In this document: positions 49,160 to 58,303 of the stretch, piece after piece
Layout of the letters: each line of letters opens with the position of its first letter
How positions within the stretch are numbered: position 1 is the first letter of the stretch
DNA from: Candidatus Omnitrophota bacterium
GTDB lineage: Bacteria > Omnitrophota > Gorgyraeia > Zapsychrales > Fredricksoniimonadaceae
Assembly (NCBI GenBank): GCA_044225175.1
Contig: JBGAJA010000002.1
Coordinates: 728,991-792,990, forward strand
DNA: 64,000 bases
Direction: 5' to 3'
Translations under genes and position numbers: made by a program
Notes under the pieces: generated by a model
What the model saw: the letters and a program-made list of their open reading frames with translations, nothing else
Database searches by the model: none
What the model was told of the DNA's origin: nothing

Positions 49160-49874
49160 AGATCTCTCTTTTAAGTCCCCTCAAGAAAATATTCTTTACG
49201 ATGAACTTCTTTTGCAGTTAGCTGATAAGCAAAATGAAGGAGAAGTGCTACGTTTCTGGGAGTCTCCTCAAATTTTTGTTGTACTAGGGCTTATAGGTAA
49301 GGAAAAGGAGGATATTTTCCTAGATCAAGCTAAAACTGATCAAATTCCTGTTTTAAGAAGAACTTCAGGGGGTGGAACAGTGCTTCAAGGGCCAGGATCA
49401 TTGAACTATACCTTGGTTTTGGATAAAAATCGTCATTCAGACTTAGCTGATCTTCGTAAGTCTTACAGTTGGATAAGCGCAAAAGTCATTGAATCCCTTA
49501 GGGTTTGCGGTGTTGAGGCTGTTTTTAAGCCGATTTCTGACATAGCTTTACCTAAGTCTGAGAAAAAGTTTTCTGGAAACGCCCAACACAGGGGCAAAAA
49601 TCATATTTTGCATCATGGAACGATCCTTTATAACTTTAATTTGACTCTAATCAGTCGCTATTTAAGAATGCCTAAAGATATTCCTGATTACCGCCTCAAT
49701 CGTCCACACAGTGACTTTGTTACCAATATCAAGATAGAACCTAAGCAATTTAAAGAGGCTTTAGGAGCTATTTTTGATGTAAAAGTCACCTCAAACTCCC
49801 AAAACCTTACATCACAAGAGGTTTTAGCGTTGCAAGAACTGCTTCAAAAGCGTTCGGTTATTGTGGATTTCTAA
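49149..49874 (+). CDS. Lipoate-protein ligase/octanoyltransferase family protein (BPL_LplA_LipB domain)
   Basis: RRTSGGGTVLQGPGSLNYTL motif and GRKxxG-like lysine region (KFSGNAQH). Located directly after the gcvH/P genes. Confidence 0.75.
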   Translation: MQLKDLSFKSPQENILYDELLLQLADKQNEGEVLRFWESPQIFVVLGLIGKEKEDIFLDQAKTDQIPVLRRTSGGGTVLQGPGSLNYTLVLDKNRHSDLADLRKSYSWISAKVIESLRVCGVEAVFKPISDIALPKSEKKFSGNAQHRGKNHILHHGTILYNFNLTLISRYLRMPKDIPDYRLNRPHSDFVTNIKIEPKQFKEALGAIFDVKVTSNSQNLTSQEVLALQELLQKRSVIVDF

Positions 49875-49916
49875 AAAAGTAAGTGAATATTTAAATAGTT
49901 ATGATAATATTTCTCC

Positions 49917-51158
49917 ATGTTATTGAGAAATGTATCCCTTATTATATCTATTTCTATATTATTTATGGTTCCTTCCGTAGAAGCCTCAGCAAAACAAAAA
50001 CCTTCCAAAGATTACAAAGAATACGCTGCTTTTTTTGAAAAAGTTTATAAAACATTTGAGGATAACTATTACCTTGAACCTGATCGTAAAATTTTTGATG
50101 ATTTTTTGGTTAAATTTAAAACCAAGATTTATGCTCAGTTAAGTGGTGAAGGTAAAAGTGATGATTATGTTAAATGGCGAAGTGCTTGGTATTTAGTAGA
50201 TTCTCTGAAGTCCAAAGAAGATCGATTTTCCCAATTTTATCCTCCAAAACCTGCTGAAAAGTTCCAAAAGGAGGCTTTAGGGCAGAATGTAGATTTAGGG
50301 ATTGAAGGTAATAAGTCTGATGTTGGGTTCATTGTGACTCGTATGGAACCACGCTCAGATGCTTATGAAAAGGGTTTAAGAGAAAATGATTTGTTAACGG
50401 CTATTGATGGATTAGATCTTAAAAAACTTACTCAAGAAGATATTGTGAAGAAGCTGACTCCTTTGGTTAATACTAAGGTTAAGTTAACATACCTAGAGCA
50501 TGATACAAAGGCTGCTAAAGCCATTGACGTTGTAAGTAAGGAGTATTTTAAACAGGAAGTGTTTTTAAGGCCTGTAGATGTTCCCGGAGTTTTTGCATTA
50601 GAAATTGTGCATTTTAATCGAACAACTGCAGAAGATTTGTTTCGTTATTTGCAATTTATTGAGCAGCAGAATCCTAGAGGTTTGGTCATCGACCTTAGAG
50701 GAAACCCCGGTGGTCCGCCACTAGCAGCCCGTGAAATAGCTTCCATGTTTTTAAAAGGTGGTGATGAGCTTGTTTATTTTCAAAAAAGGGGTCAACCTCG
50801 TGCGGATTTAGATATTCCTTCAATTCCAGCGCAATATCAATATAAAGGTCCCATTGTAATTCTAGTGAATCAAGACAGCGGTAGTTGTTCTGAGCTTTTT
50901 GCGGGAATTATGCAATATTATAAGCGGGCAGTTATTTTTGGGACAAATACAGCAGGACAAATGCTATTAAAATCAATGTTCCCCATGGAAGATGGGTCAA
51001 TGGTGGCTTTAGTTGTAGCGCGAGGGTATTATCCCAATGGAATTCCTTATAGTTTTAGTGGAGTGGTTCCGGATCAAGTGATTAATGATGCTCCTAAAGA
51101 AGGTTTGATTAATCTTGCCGCAGCTTATATGGTCATGAGCGCTCAAAAGAAACAATGA
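49917..51158 (+). CDS. C-terminal processing (tail-specific) peptidase, family S41
   Basis: Signal peptide; PDZ-like region; VIDLRGNPGGP catalytic Ser motif and a downstream Lys region. Confidence 0.8.
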   Translation: MLLRNVSLIISISILFMVPSVEASAKQKPSKDYKEYAAFFEKVYKTFEDNYYLEPDRKIFDDFLVKFKTKIYAQLSGEGKSDDYVKWRSAWYLVDSLKSKEDRFSQFYPPKPAEKFQKEALGQNVDLGIEGNKSDVGFIVTRMEPRSDAYEKGLRENDLLTAIDGLDLKKLTQEDIVKKLTPLVNTKVKLTYLEHDTKAAKAIDVVSKEYFKQEVFLRPVDVPGVFALEIVHFNRTTAEDLFRYLQFIEQQNPRGLVIDLRGNPGGPPLAAREIASMFLKGGDELVYFQKRGQPRADLDIPSIPAQYQYKGPIVILVNQDSGSCSELFAGIMQYYKRAVIFGTNTAGQMLLKSMFPMEDGSMVALVVARGYYPNGIPYSFSGVVPDQVINDAPKEGLINLAAAYMVMSAQKKQ

Positions 51159-51493
51159 TACAGCTGTTTTTATTAATGATAGTGCAATTGGTCATAGCCG
51201 TTATTGTAATTCTTGTTCTTAAAAGGCTTTTAGACCGTGAACTTAAGAAGGCTGCACTTGAAAAGTTTCAAACTTTAAAGATTAATGGGGAGAAGACCAT
51301 TACTATTTATTACGCAGGACAGTTATCTGCCCATGTTAAGGAAGAATTATTAGATGTTGCGAGAAATAAGTATAAAGAAAGTAATCTTGTTTTTGAACAG
51401 AACCAAATTCTTAAAGGCGGCTTAGTGATTGTCGTTGATGAACAGATGCTTGATTTCAGCGTATCTAATCGTCTAGAAAATTTTTGGTTATGA
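51155..51493 (+). CDS. Hypothetical small membrane protein
   Basis: 112 aa; N-terminal TM (LFLLMIVQLVIAVIVILVL); translationally coupled between the S41 peptidase and GT2 genes. Confidence 0.4.
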   Translation: MIQLFLLMIVQLVIAVIVILVLKRLLDRELKKAALEKFQTLKINGEKTITIYYAGQLSAHVKEELLDVARNKYKESNLVFEQNQILKGGLVIVVDEQMLDFSVSNRLENFWL

Positions 51494-52209
51494 ATTTAAA
51501 TTCCATAAAGATACTAATTATTGTTCCTGCTTTTAACGAGAGCGGAAATATTGCGCGTACGATTAGTGATATTAAGAATCAGAATTTGCCTCTTGATATT
51601 GTTGTTATTGATGACGGATCAACTGATACAACCGTTCGTGAAGCTGTTGCTGCAGGAGCCAACGTTGTTTCATTGCCCTTTAATTTAGGCATAGGTGGTG
51701 CAGTCCAAACTGGTTTTAAGTATGCTCTCAAGCATGATTATGATATTGCGATCCAAATGGATGGTGATGGACAGCATGACGGTAATTTCCTTGTTAAATT
51801 AATTAATCCTATTTTAGAAAATCAAGCGGATATGGTAGTGGGGAGTCGTTTTATTGAAGATAATGGGGGCTTCAAATCTTCTTTTGCTCGTCGAATAGGA
51901 ATTCGTTTCTTTGTTTCGTTAATCAATTTTCTTACTGGATTGAAGATTACTGATCCTACGTCTGGTTTTAGGGCCCATAATAAGAAAATGATTGCTGCTT
52001 TTGCGCGTAGTTATCCGCAAGATTTTCCAGAACCTGAAGCTATTGTGGTAGCTAAACATATTGGTGCTCAAATTAATGAGGTTTCTGTTTTGATGCGCAG
52101 ACGCGAAGATGGTAGTAGTTCGATTCGTCATATGAAAAGTGTCTATTATATGGTGAAGGTGACCTTTGCTATTTGCTTACATATGATTCAATCTCCTCAA
52201 AGGAAATAG
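51484..52209 (+). CDS. GT2 polyprenyl-phosphate glycosyltransferase (DPM1/GtrB/ArnC-like)
   Basis: ILIIVPAFNE...VVIDDGSTD...QMDGDGQHD (DxD region) typical of the GT-A fold GT2 family. Confidence 0.8.
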   Translation: MVMNLNSIKILIIVPAFNESGNIARTISDIKNQNLPLDIVVIDDGSTDTTVREAVAAGANVVSLPFNLGIGGAVQTGFKYALKHDYDIAIQMDGDGQHDGNFLVKLINPILENQADMVVGSRFIEDNGGFKSSFARRIGIRFFVSLINFLTGLKITDPTSGFRAHNKKMIAAFARSYPQDFPEPEAIVVAKHIGAQINEVSVLMRRREDGSSSIRHMKSVYYMVKVTFAICLHMIQSPQRK

Positions 52210-52566
52210 ATGATGAATATACATTTTCTCGCAATCGCCTTGTCTCTTTTAATTTTTTTGTTAGTTGTGGATTTGGTTCGCCGTCAAAAATTAACTTTTA
52301 AATATGCTTTGGCTTGGTTGATGGTTTCAGGATCTGCAGTTTTCTTTGCTATTTTTTATAAGTTTCTTTTTAAGATAGCAGACTTTTTGGGTTTTGAGCT
52401 TCCTAGCAACTTTATTTTTTTCACATTATTTTGTGTCTTCGTGTTCTTAAGCCTTGTGCTAACAGTGTTTTTGTGTCAGCAGAATAATCGTAATGACACT
52501 ATGGCTCAAAAAATTGCGCTTTTAGAATTTGATATTAAGCAAATTAAACAAAAAACCTCAACCTAG
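52210..52566 (+). CDS. Small 3-4 TM membrane protein (DUF2304/GtrA-like companion of GT2 enzymes)
   Basis: 118 aa, hydrophobic, immediately downstream of the GT2 gene as in many GT2/small-membrane-protein pairs. Confidence 0.5.
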   Translation: MMNIHFLAIALSLLIFLLVVDLVRRQKLTFKYALAWLMVSGSAVFFAIFYKFLFKIADFLGFELPSNFIFFTLFCVFVFLSLVLTVFLCQQNNRNDTMAQKIALLEFDIKQIKQKTST

Positions 52567-52577
52567 AAAGCTTTCAC

Positions 52578-53561
52578 TTGATTCTTAGTGTTATTGTGCC
52601 TGCCTATAATGCTCAGGGAACGATTGGTAAAACCCTGAAAGCTTTAACCGAACAAGATTTTTCAGGATCTTTTGAGATTATCGTTGTTGATGACGGGTCT
52701 ACGGATCAAACTGCCGAAATTATACGCACATTTCCTAAAGTTCAATACATTTATCAGCCCAATGCTGGTCCTGGGACGGCTCGTAATCATGGAGCAAAAG
52801 TCTCTCAAGGGCAAGTACTTGCCTTTACGGATTCAGATTGTATTCCTCATAAAGATTGGCTTACTCGTTTGATGGAAGGGTTTATATCAGATGATGTTGG
52901 GGTTGTTATGGGTAGTTATGGAATTGTTAATAAGGAGAGTTTATTAGCTTTCTGTGTTTATAAAGAAATTATTTTTCGGCATAACAAATTTTTGAGTGAT
53001 TTTCCAAAAGTTTTTGGAGGGTATAATTTTTGTATAAAAAAAATTGTTTTTGAGCAGGTAGGTGGTTTTAATACTTCCTATAGGAATGCAAGCGGGGAAG
53101 ACAATGATCTAAGTTATAAGATCATTTCAAGTAATTGGCGCATTTATTTTGAGCGTAAAGCCCTTGTAGACCACTATCATCCAACTCAATTGAATAAGTA
53201 TTTGAAAGAACAGTTTCGTCATGGTTTTTGGAGGGTGCGTATGTACATGGATCACCCTGGCATGGCTTCTGGGGATGGGTATACGTTCTGGAAGGATATT
53301 GTAGAGATACCTCTAAGTCTGTTTATCATAGTATTTATTTTGCTAAGTCCTTTTAATCTAATAAGTTTTAAAGATTTGTTTTTTTATCTTTTCTTTCCTT
53401 TTTTGTTTTTGGAAATTTTTTTCGCACAGAGGATGCTTCATGATATCAATAAAGAATTTTTTTGGGGATTTGTTATGTTTTTAAGAAGTTTTAGCAGAGC
53501 TTTAGGTTTGTCGACGGGAATTTTGTATATTTTTATTAAAAAAAATTTAAATAAACCTTGA
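52578..53561 (+). CDS. GT2 glycosyltransferase with C-terminal membrane anchor
   Basis: SVIVPAYNAQ...IIVVDDGSTD...FTDSDCIP motifs; hydrophobic C-terminus; alternative (TTG) start. Confidence 0.75.
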   Translation: MILSVIVPAYNAQGTIGKTLKALTEQDFSGSFEIIVVDDGSTDQTAEIIRTFPKVQYIYQPNAGPGTARNHGAKVSQGQVLAFTDSDCIPHKDWLTRLMEGFISDDVGVVMGSYGIVNKESLLAFCVYKEIIFRHNKFLSDFPKVFGGYNFCIKKIVFEQVGGFNTSYRNASGEDNDLSYKIISSNWRIYFERKALVDHYHPTQLNKYLKEQFRHGFWRVRMYMDHPGMASGDGYTFWKDIVEIPLSLFIIVFILLSPFNLISFKDLFFYLFFPFLFLEIFFAQRMLHDINKEFFWGFVMFLRSFSRALGLSTGILYIFIKKNLNKP

Positions 53562-53671
53562 AACACATTAATGCTATGTTAAGATGATTCCATATTATAG
53601 ATAAATAAATTTTTAGAAATGCCTTAAAAATGTTATTAGATGTTTTTCTTCGACGATATTTTAATTAAAAG

Positions 53672-54268
53672 GTGAATATGGCTAAAGAGACAGCCGAACA
53701 AAAGTTACTCAAAGCACTTCAGAAAAAATCACCAGGAGCAGTTCCTTCCGTCGGCAAAAAGCTTGATGAGAAGAAGAAATTAAATTTTTCTTTTTCAATT
53801 TTTGATCTCAATAAAATTTTATTTATAGCCATTCTTGTTTGTCTCGCCATTTTAATTTATCAATTTCATTCCGGTTCCGTTTTAATTAATAAAGATGTCA
53901 GTTTTCTAGATCAAGTCAAAACCAACCCTGCCAAAGAACAAATAAATAATCTCAAAGAAAAAAACGATGTTAAGTATTACATTAATAGTTTTGGAAATCG
54001 TAATATTTTTAAACCATACGACATTTCTCTTGGCAAAGCAGCTGCAGGCCAGCCAGATTTAGCTAAGCGTTTAACAAAATATAAACTTGTTGGAGTTGCT
54101 TGGCTTGATCTTCCTGAATCTGCCTCAATTATGGTTGAAGATTCTCAAACGAAAACAACATATTTTCTTAAAACTGGAGAAAAATTAGAAGGCGTAACAG
54201 TTAAGACTATCTATACGGATAGAGTAGTCTTCAGTTACGAAAATGAGGAGACGACAATTAAGCTATGA
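53672..54268 (+). CDS. Bitopic inner-membrane protein, possible secretin-associated (PilP/PilN/GspC-like) component
   Basis: Lys-rich cytoplasmic N-terminus, single TM (ILFIAILVCLAILIYQF), about 120-aa periplasmic beta-rich C-terminus. Stop overlaps the secretin start (ATGA). Confidence 0.45.
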   Translation: MNMAKETAEQKLLKALQKKSPGAVPSVGKKLDEKKKLNFSFSIFDLNKILFIAILVCLAILIYQFHSGSVLINKDVSFLDQVKTNPAKEQINNLKEKNDVKYYINSFGNRNIFKPYDISLGKAAAGQPDLAKRLTKYKLVGVAWLDLPESASIMVEDSQTKTTYFLKTGEKLEGVTVKTIYTDRVVFSYENEETTIKL

Positions 54269-55935
54269 TAAAACATATCCTTAAACCCAAACTGATTTTA
54301 TTGTTGGTTTTGTTTTTTACGATGCCAATGATTCTTATTGCATCCCGAGCCTACTCTCAGGAAGAAAATGCTTCGGACGCTAATGAGAATGCAGGGGCGG
54401 AGCTTCCTAAACCAATTATTTTAACCGAACCTAAAGAGCCTCTTGAAGATCGTATGCAGCGCAAGATTACTTTAGATGTCCGCGATATGAATGTCGTCGA
54501 TGTTATTAAATTTCTTGCTCAAAAAGGTGAATTTAATGTGGTTATTTCCCCTAATGTTGATGGTCGCACAACAGTGTTGCTACATGCTGTTTCAATCCAA
54601 GATGCCTTAGACATTGTTTCGATTTCAAATAAGCTGGCTTATCACACAGAAGGTCAAATTCTTCAAATAATGTCTGCTGCAGAATATGAAGCGCTTTATG
54701 GAAAACAATTTGGTGATAAAACACAAGTTACAATTATTCATTTGCAGTATTCAAAACCAAGCTATGTATTAGCTGCTTTGGATAACATGAAAAGTAATAT
54801 TGGAAAGATTATTATTGATGAAGATACAGGAACAGTTGTTTTAGTAGATACTCCTCAATCAATTACTGTGATGAAAAAAGCAATCGAACAGATTGAACGA
54901 CCATTAGATACTTTTGTTTATGATCTTAAGTATGCAAAGGCAGATGTGGTTGCTGAGAAATTGCGTTCAAGGATTGATGCCAAAGCTGTTGGATCAATCA
55001 CTGCTGATGAACGTTCTAATCAATTGCTTGTCAGGGTTTTTCCAGGAAGACATGATGAAGTAGAGAAGATCATTAAAAGCTTAGATGAGCCAACCAAAGA
55101 AGTTTTAATCGAAGCTCGTGTTTTGGAAATTATCTTGAAACCTAATTACGATATGGGAATTGATTGGAAAGATCAAATCTTTAATAATGGTAAAAGTAAA
55201 TTTAGTGTATCTGGTAATTATCTTAATGATTCCAGCCCTTCTGATCCTTTAAATTCTGTTTTTACCAGAATAGGTGTAGGTAATGCTAATACCAAAGACT
55301 TTACTTTAGCTATTAGATCTTTACAACAAGTCAGTGATACTAAAATCCTTTCAACCCCTCAAATATTAGTAACTAATAATGAAGAAGCTAAGATTCACAT
55401 TGGGGATACCGTTCCTTATATAGTCTCAACAACCAATGGTACGGGTGATAATGCTGTAAGAAGCGAAGACGTAAGATTTATAGATGTTGGACTTAAGTTG
55501 GATGTTGTTCCAGTCATCAATGATGATGGAATGGTTACCATGAGACTTCGTCCAGAAATTTCTTCAGTTGTTGGAAAAATTACTTCCCAAGGCGGTGGAA
55601 TTCCCCAAGTTAATAAAACTGAGGTTGAAACTAGCGTTATGGTTCTTGATGGCCAAACTATTGTTTTGGCAGGGTTAAGAAAAGAAGACAAATCACACAT
55701 TAAAAAAGGACTTCCAGTCTTAATGAATGTCCCATATTTAGGAAATTTATTTTCCAGCACATCAGATGCAATAACTTCTACTGAAATCGTTATTTTAATT
55801 ACGCCACATATTATTAAAGGTAGCGATGATTATGCAAAAGTTCAAGGAACTGTTAAACCTGCTAAGAATTATGATGAAAACTTTAAAATGAAGGAACCGG
55901 TTCAAAGTGACAATCAACCACCGGCTAAATACTAA
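54265..55935 (+). CDS. Secretin-family outer-membrane channel (GspD/PilQ-like)
   Basis: Signal peptide; N0-like domain; canonical secretin domain (ILSTPQILVTNNEEAKIHIGDTVPY...VNKTEVETSVMVLDGQTIVLAGL...PVLMNVPYLGNLF...IVILITPHII). Confidence 0.9.
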   Translation: MIKHILKPKLILLLVLFFTMPMILIASRAYSQEENASDANENAGAELPKPIILTEPKEPLEDRMQRKITLDVRDMNVVDVIKFLAQKGEFNVVISPNVDGRTTVLLHAVSIQDALDIVSISNKLAYHTEGQILQIMSAAEYEALYGKQFGDKTQVTIIHLQYSKPSYVLAALDNMKSNIGKIIIDEDTGTVVLVDTPQSITVMKKAIEQIERPLDTFVYDLKYAKADVVAEKLRSRIDAKAVGSITADERSNQLLVRVFPGRHDEVEKIIKSLDEPTKEVLIEARVLEIILKPNYDMGIDWKDQIFNNGKSKFSVSGNYLNDSSPSDPLNSVFTRIGVGNANTKDFTLAIRSLQQVSDTKILSTPQILVTNNEEAKIHIGDTVPYIVSTTNGTGDNAVRSEDVRFIDVGLKLDVVPVINDDGMVTMRLRPEISSVVGKITSQGGGIPQVNKTEVETSVMVLDGQTIVLAGLRKEDKSHIKKGLPVLMNVPYLGNLFSSTSDAITSTEIVILITPHIIKGSDDYAKVQGTVKPAKNYDENFKMKEPVQSDNQPPAKY

Positions 55936-56709
55936 TTGAAGCGGAGAAACCTTATGGGTAACCACAACTGGTCTAGAGTTTCAAAACACATTACAGTAAT
56001 GATTATTTTAATGGTTTGTTGGGCAATGGGACAACACCCAGCAGTTTATGCTCAAGATAATACAGATGTTCCAGCTGAACTTGGAACACCACAACCACAA
56101 GATGATCGCGAGCAATTTGTTAAAGAAATTCGACGTGTTGAAAATTTAAACAGAAAATATACTAAAGAAATTGAAGAAATCAAGTCGCTTTTATCTGAAA
56201 AAGATGAAGATTTCCAAAAAAGAATGAAGAGTTTAGAGGATAAATTAGTTTCTCAGCAAGGCGAAAGCAAAAAAACAATTGTAGATGAGAAAAATCAACA
56301 AACTTCCAAAGAATTAGAAGTTAAAACCAATGAAATGCTTTCAAAAGGTGTTGATTTAGATTTGGATGATCAACAATTTAAAGAAGAATTAGCTAAAGCA
56401 CATTACAACATGGGAAATATTTATTTTGAACGTGGCGAATATCAAAGAGCGGTCGTCGAATATTATCAAGCTGTTGATTTAACTCCAAATGATCCAGATA
56501 CACACTACAATTTAGCCTTCGTCAGTGGAGAGTATTTAGGTGACCAAGAAACTGCTCTTAAGCATTATCAATGGTATTTGTACCTAAAACCTAATGCAGC
56601 TGACGCCAGTAATGTTAAAGCAAAGATTATACAAGCTAAATTACACTTTAGAGCTAAGGTAGATTCAATAATTGATAAAGATAACGGTCACTACAATCTT
56701 GTTCGTTAA
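55936..56709 (+). CDS. TPR-repeat protein with signal/anchor and coiled coil (possible secretin pilotin/accessory)
   Basis: Hydrophobic N-terminus; K/E-rich coiled coil; C-terminal TPR motifs (AHYNMGNIYFERGEYQRAVVEYYQAVDLTPNDPDTHYNLAF). Confidence 0.6.
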   Translation: MKRRNLMGNHNWSRVSKHITVMIILMVCWAMGQHPAVYAQDNTDVPAELGTPQPQDDREQFVKEIRRVENLNRKYTKEIEEIKSLLSEKDEDFQKRMKSLEDKLVSQQGESKKTIVDEKNQQTSKELEVKTNEMLSKGVDLDLDDQQFKEELAKAHYNMGNIYFERGEYQRAVVEYYQAVDLTPNDPDTHYNLAFVSGEYLGDQETALKHYQWYLYLKPNAADASNVKAKIIQAKLHFRAKVDSIIDKDNGHYNLVR

Positions 56710-56737
56710 ATTTTTTTCTAAATAGATTTCTAAAATT

Positions 56738-58303
56738 ATGACCCAGAAGTTTTCACAAATTGTATTCACACTAATAGCTATTTGTCTTTTGACAACAGTT
56801 GCACAAGCTAACAATTTGTCCATATCTAACGTTACTTTAGGGACCAGAAATCCTGGTGCCAATTCTCTTATTGTTAAATTTAATGTGAGTTGGGATCATT
56901 CTTGGCACAATAAGATTAATCATGATGCCGCATGGCTTACTATTCGACTACACAATACATCTGATACCACAACCAATAAAAAAATTTGTGAGGTTAGTGC
57001 GAGTGGAATAAATCCAGCAGGGTCTTCCGTCGGAACAGCTACAAATTTGGAATTTTATGTACCTTCAGATAAAAAAGGGGCATTTTTAAGAAGATCTTCT
57101 AATGGTAACGTTATTAATGTGTCCACACAAGGTGCTCAGTTGACAATTGATTACAGTAGTTGTGGTTTTTCTGATGATGACCAAATTATTGCCAGCGTTT
57201 TTGGGGTTGAAATGGTTTTTATTCCTCAAGGTGATTTTTACGCTGGAGATTATGATACTAGCACTGCTTCATTAGATCAGGGAACTGCAGATAATCGTCC
57301 ATGGCACATAATTAATGAAAACTCAATTTCAGTAAACAATCCTTCTACAGGTGGATTTCGCTATATTTCTAATAATAACTCAGGAGAAGTAGCCACAGGA
57401 GCATCGTTTGCTATTCCTAATAATTTTCCCAAAGGTTACGCTCCATTTTATGTCATGAAATATGAAATTACTGAAGGTCAATGGGTTGAATTTATCAATT
57501 CTTTAGGATCTGCTGCTGCCCGCTCTAATCGCGATTTGACCGATAATAATCATAAGAATTCCGATGCAGTGACAGCAAGAAATACAATTAGTTGTTCAGG
57601 TTCGCCATTGAGTTGTTCTACTCTACGTCCTGCCCGCGCAGTAAGTTTTTTAAGTTGGATGGATTTAGCAGCATTTTTAGATTGGAATGCTCTTCGACCT
57701 ATGAGTGAATTAGAGTTTGAAAAAATTGCCAGAGGTCCAAGTTTACCAATCCCCGGTGAATATGTATGGGGAAATACTATAATTGCACCAGCTGCTGATT
57801 TAAGCGGTGATGAAGATGGCTCCGAAACAATCACTACTACAGATGCCAATGTCAATATTCTTGGTAATTCAAGCTTTGTTGGGGGAGATGCCCAAGCAGG
57901 ACCTATACGATCCGGAATTTTTGCTACAAGTGCAACTAATAGAACAACCGCTGGTGCTGGTTACTATGGAGTCATGGAATTGTCAGGTAATCTTAAAGAA
58001 CACGTAGTCACAATCGGAAATCCTTCAGCGCTTACTTTCGACGGTACCCAAGAAGGAGATGGTGTTTTGACCTCAGTTTCTGGATTTGAAGGTAATGCGA
58101 ATACTATTTCTTGGCCAGGAACTGATGCTACTCCAGCAAATGGTGTAACAGGAGCGGATGGTTCTGGTTTTCGAGGTGGATCATGGGCTGATTTGACTAA
58201 TAGTTTATTAAGGACATCTGATCGTAGTGAAGCTTCGTTATCTTCAACATCAGCAGCAGATAATTTTGGCGGTAGAGGGGTTCGAACATATGATGGCAAT
58301 TAA
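56738..58303 (+). CDS. Secreted FGE-sulfatase (SUMF1/DUF323)-fold protein, GldJ/GldK-like, paralog A
   Basis: Signal peptide ...TTVAQA; beta-rich N-terminal domain; FGE-fold motifs FYVMKYEITEGQW, RPARAVSFLSWMDLAAFLDWNALRPMSELEFEKIARG, VWGN, RGGSW. Confidence 0.75.
   Translation: MTQKFSQIVFTLIAICLLTTVAQANNLSISNVTLGTRNPGANSLIVKFNVSWDHSWHNKINHDAAWLTIRLHNTSDTTTNKKICEVSASGINPAGSSVGTATNLEFYVPSDKKGAFLRRSSNGNVINVSTQGAQLTIDYSSCGFSDDDQIIASVFGVEMVFIPQGDFYAGDYDTSTASLDQGTADNRPWHIINENSISVNNPSTGGFRYISNNNSGEVATGASFAIPNNFPKGYAPFYVMKYEITEGQWVEFINSLGSAAARSNRDLTDNNHKNSDAVTARNTISCSGSPLSCSTLRPARAVSFLSWMDLAAFLDWNALRPMSELEFEKIARGPSLPIPGEYVWGNTIIAPAADLSGDEDGSETITTTDANVNILGNSSFVGGDAQAGPIRSGIFATSATNRTTAGAGYYGVMELSGNLKEHVVTIGNPSALTFDGTQEGDGVLTSVSGFEGNANTISWPGTDATPANGVTGADGSGFRGGSWADLTNSLLRTSDRSEASLSSTSAADNFGGRGVRTYDGN

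Noticed and set aside
58227-58289. Upstream extension of the second FGE-like gene
   Set aside because: Met-Met at 58290 starts a canonical signal peptide parallel to paralog A. The extension lies within the paralog A coding sequence.
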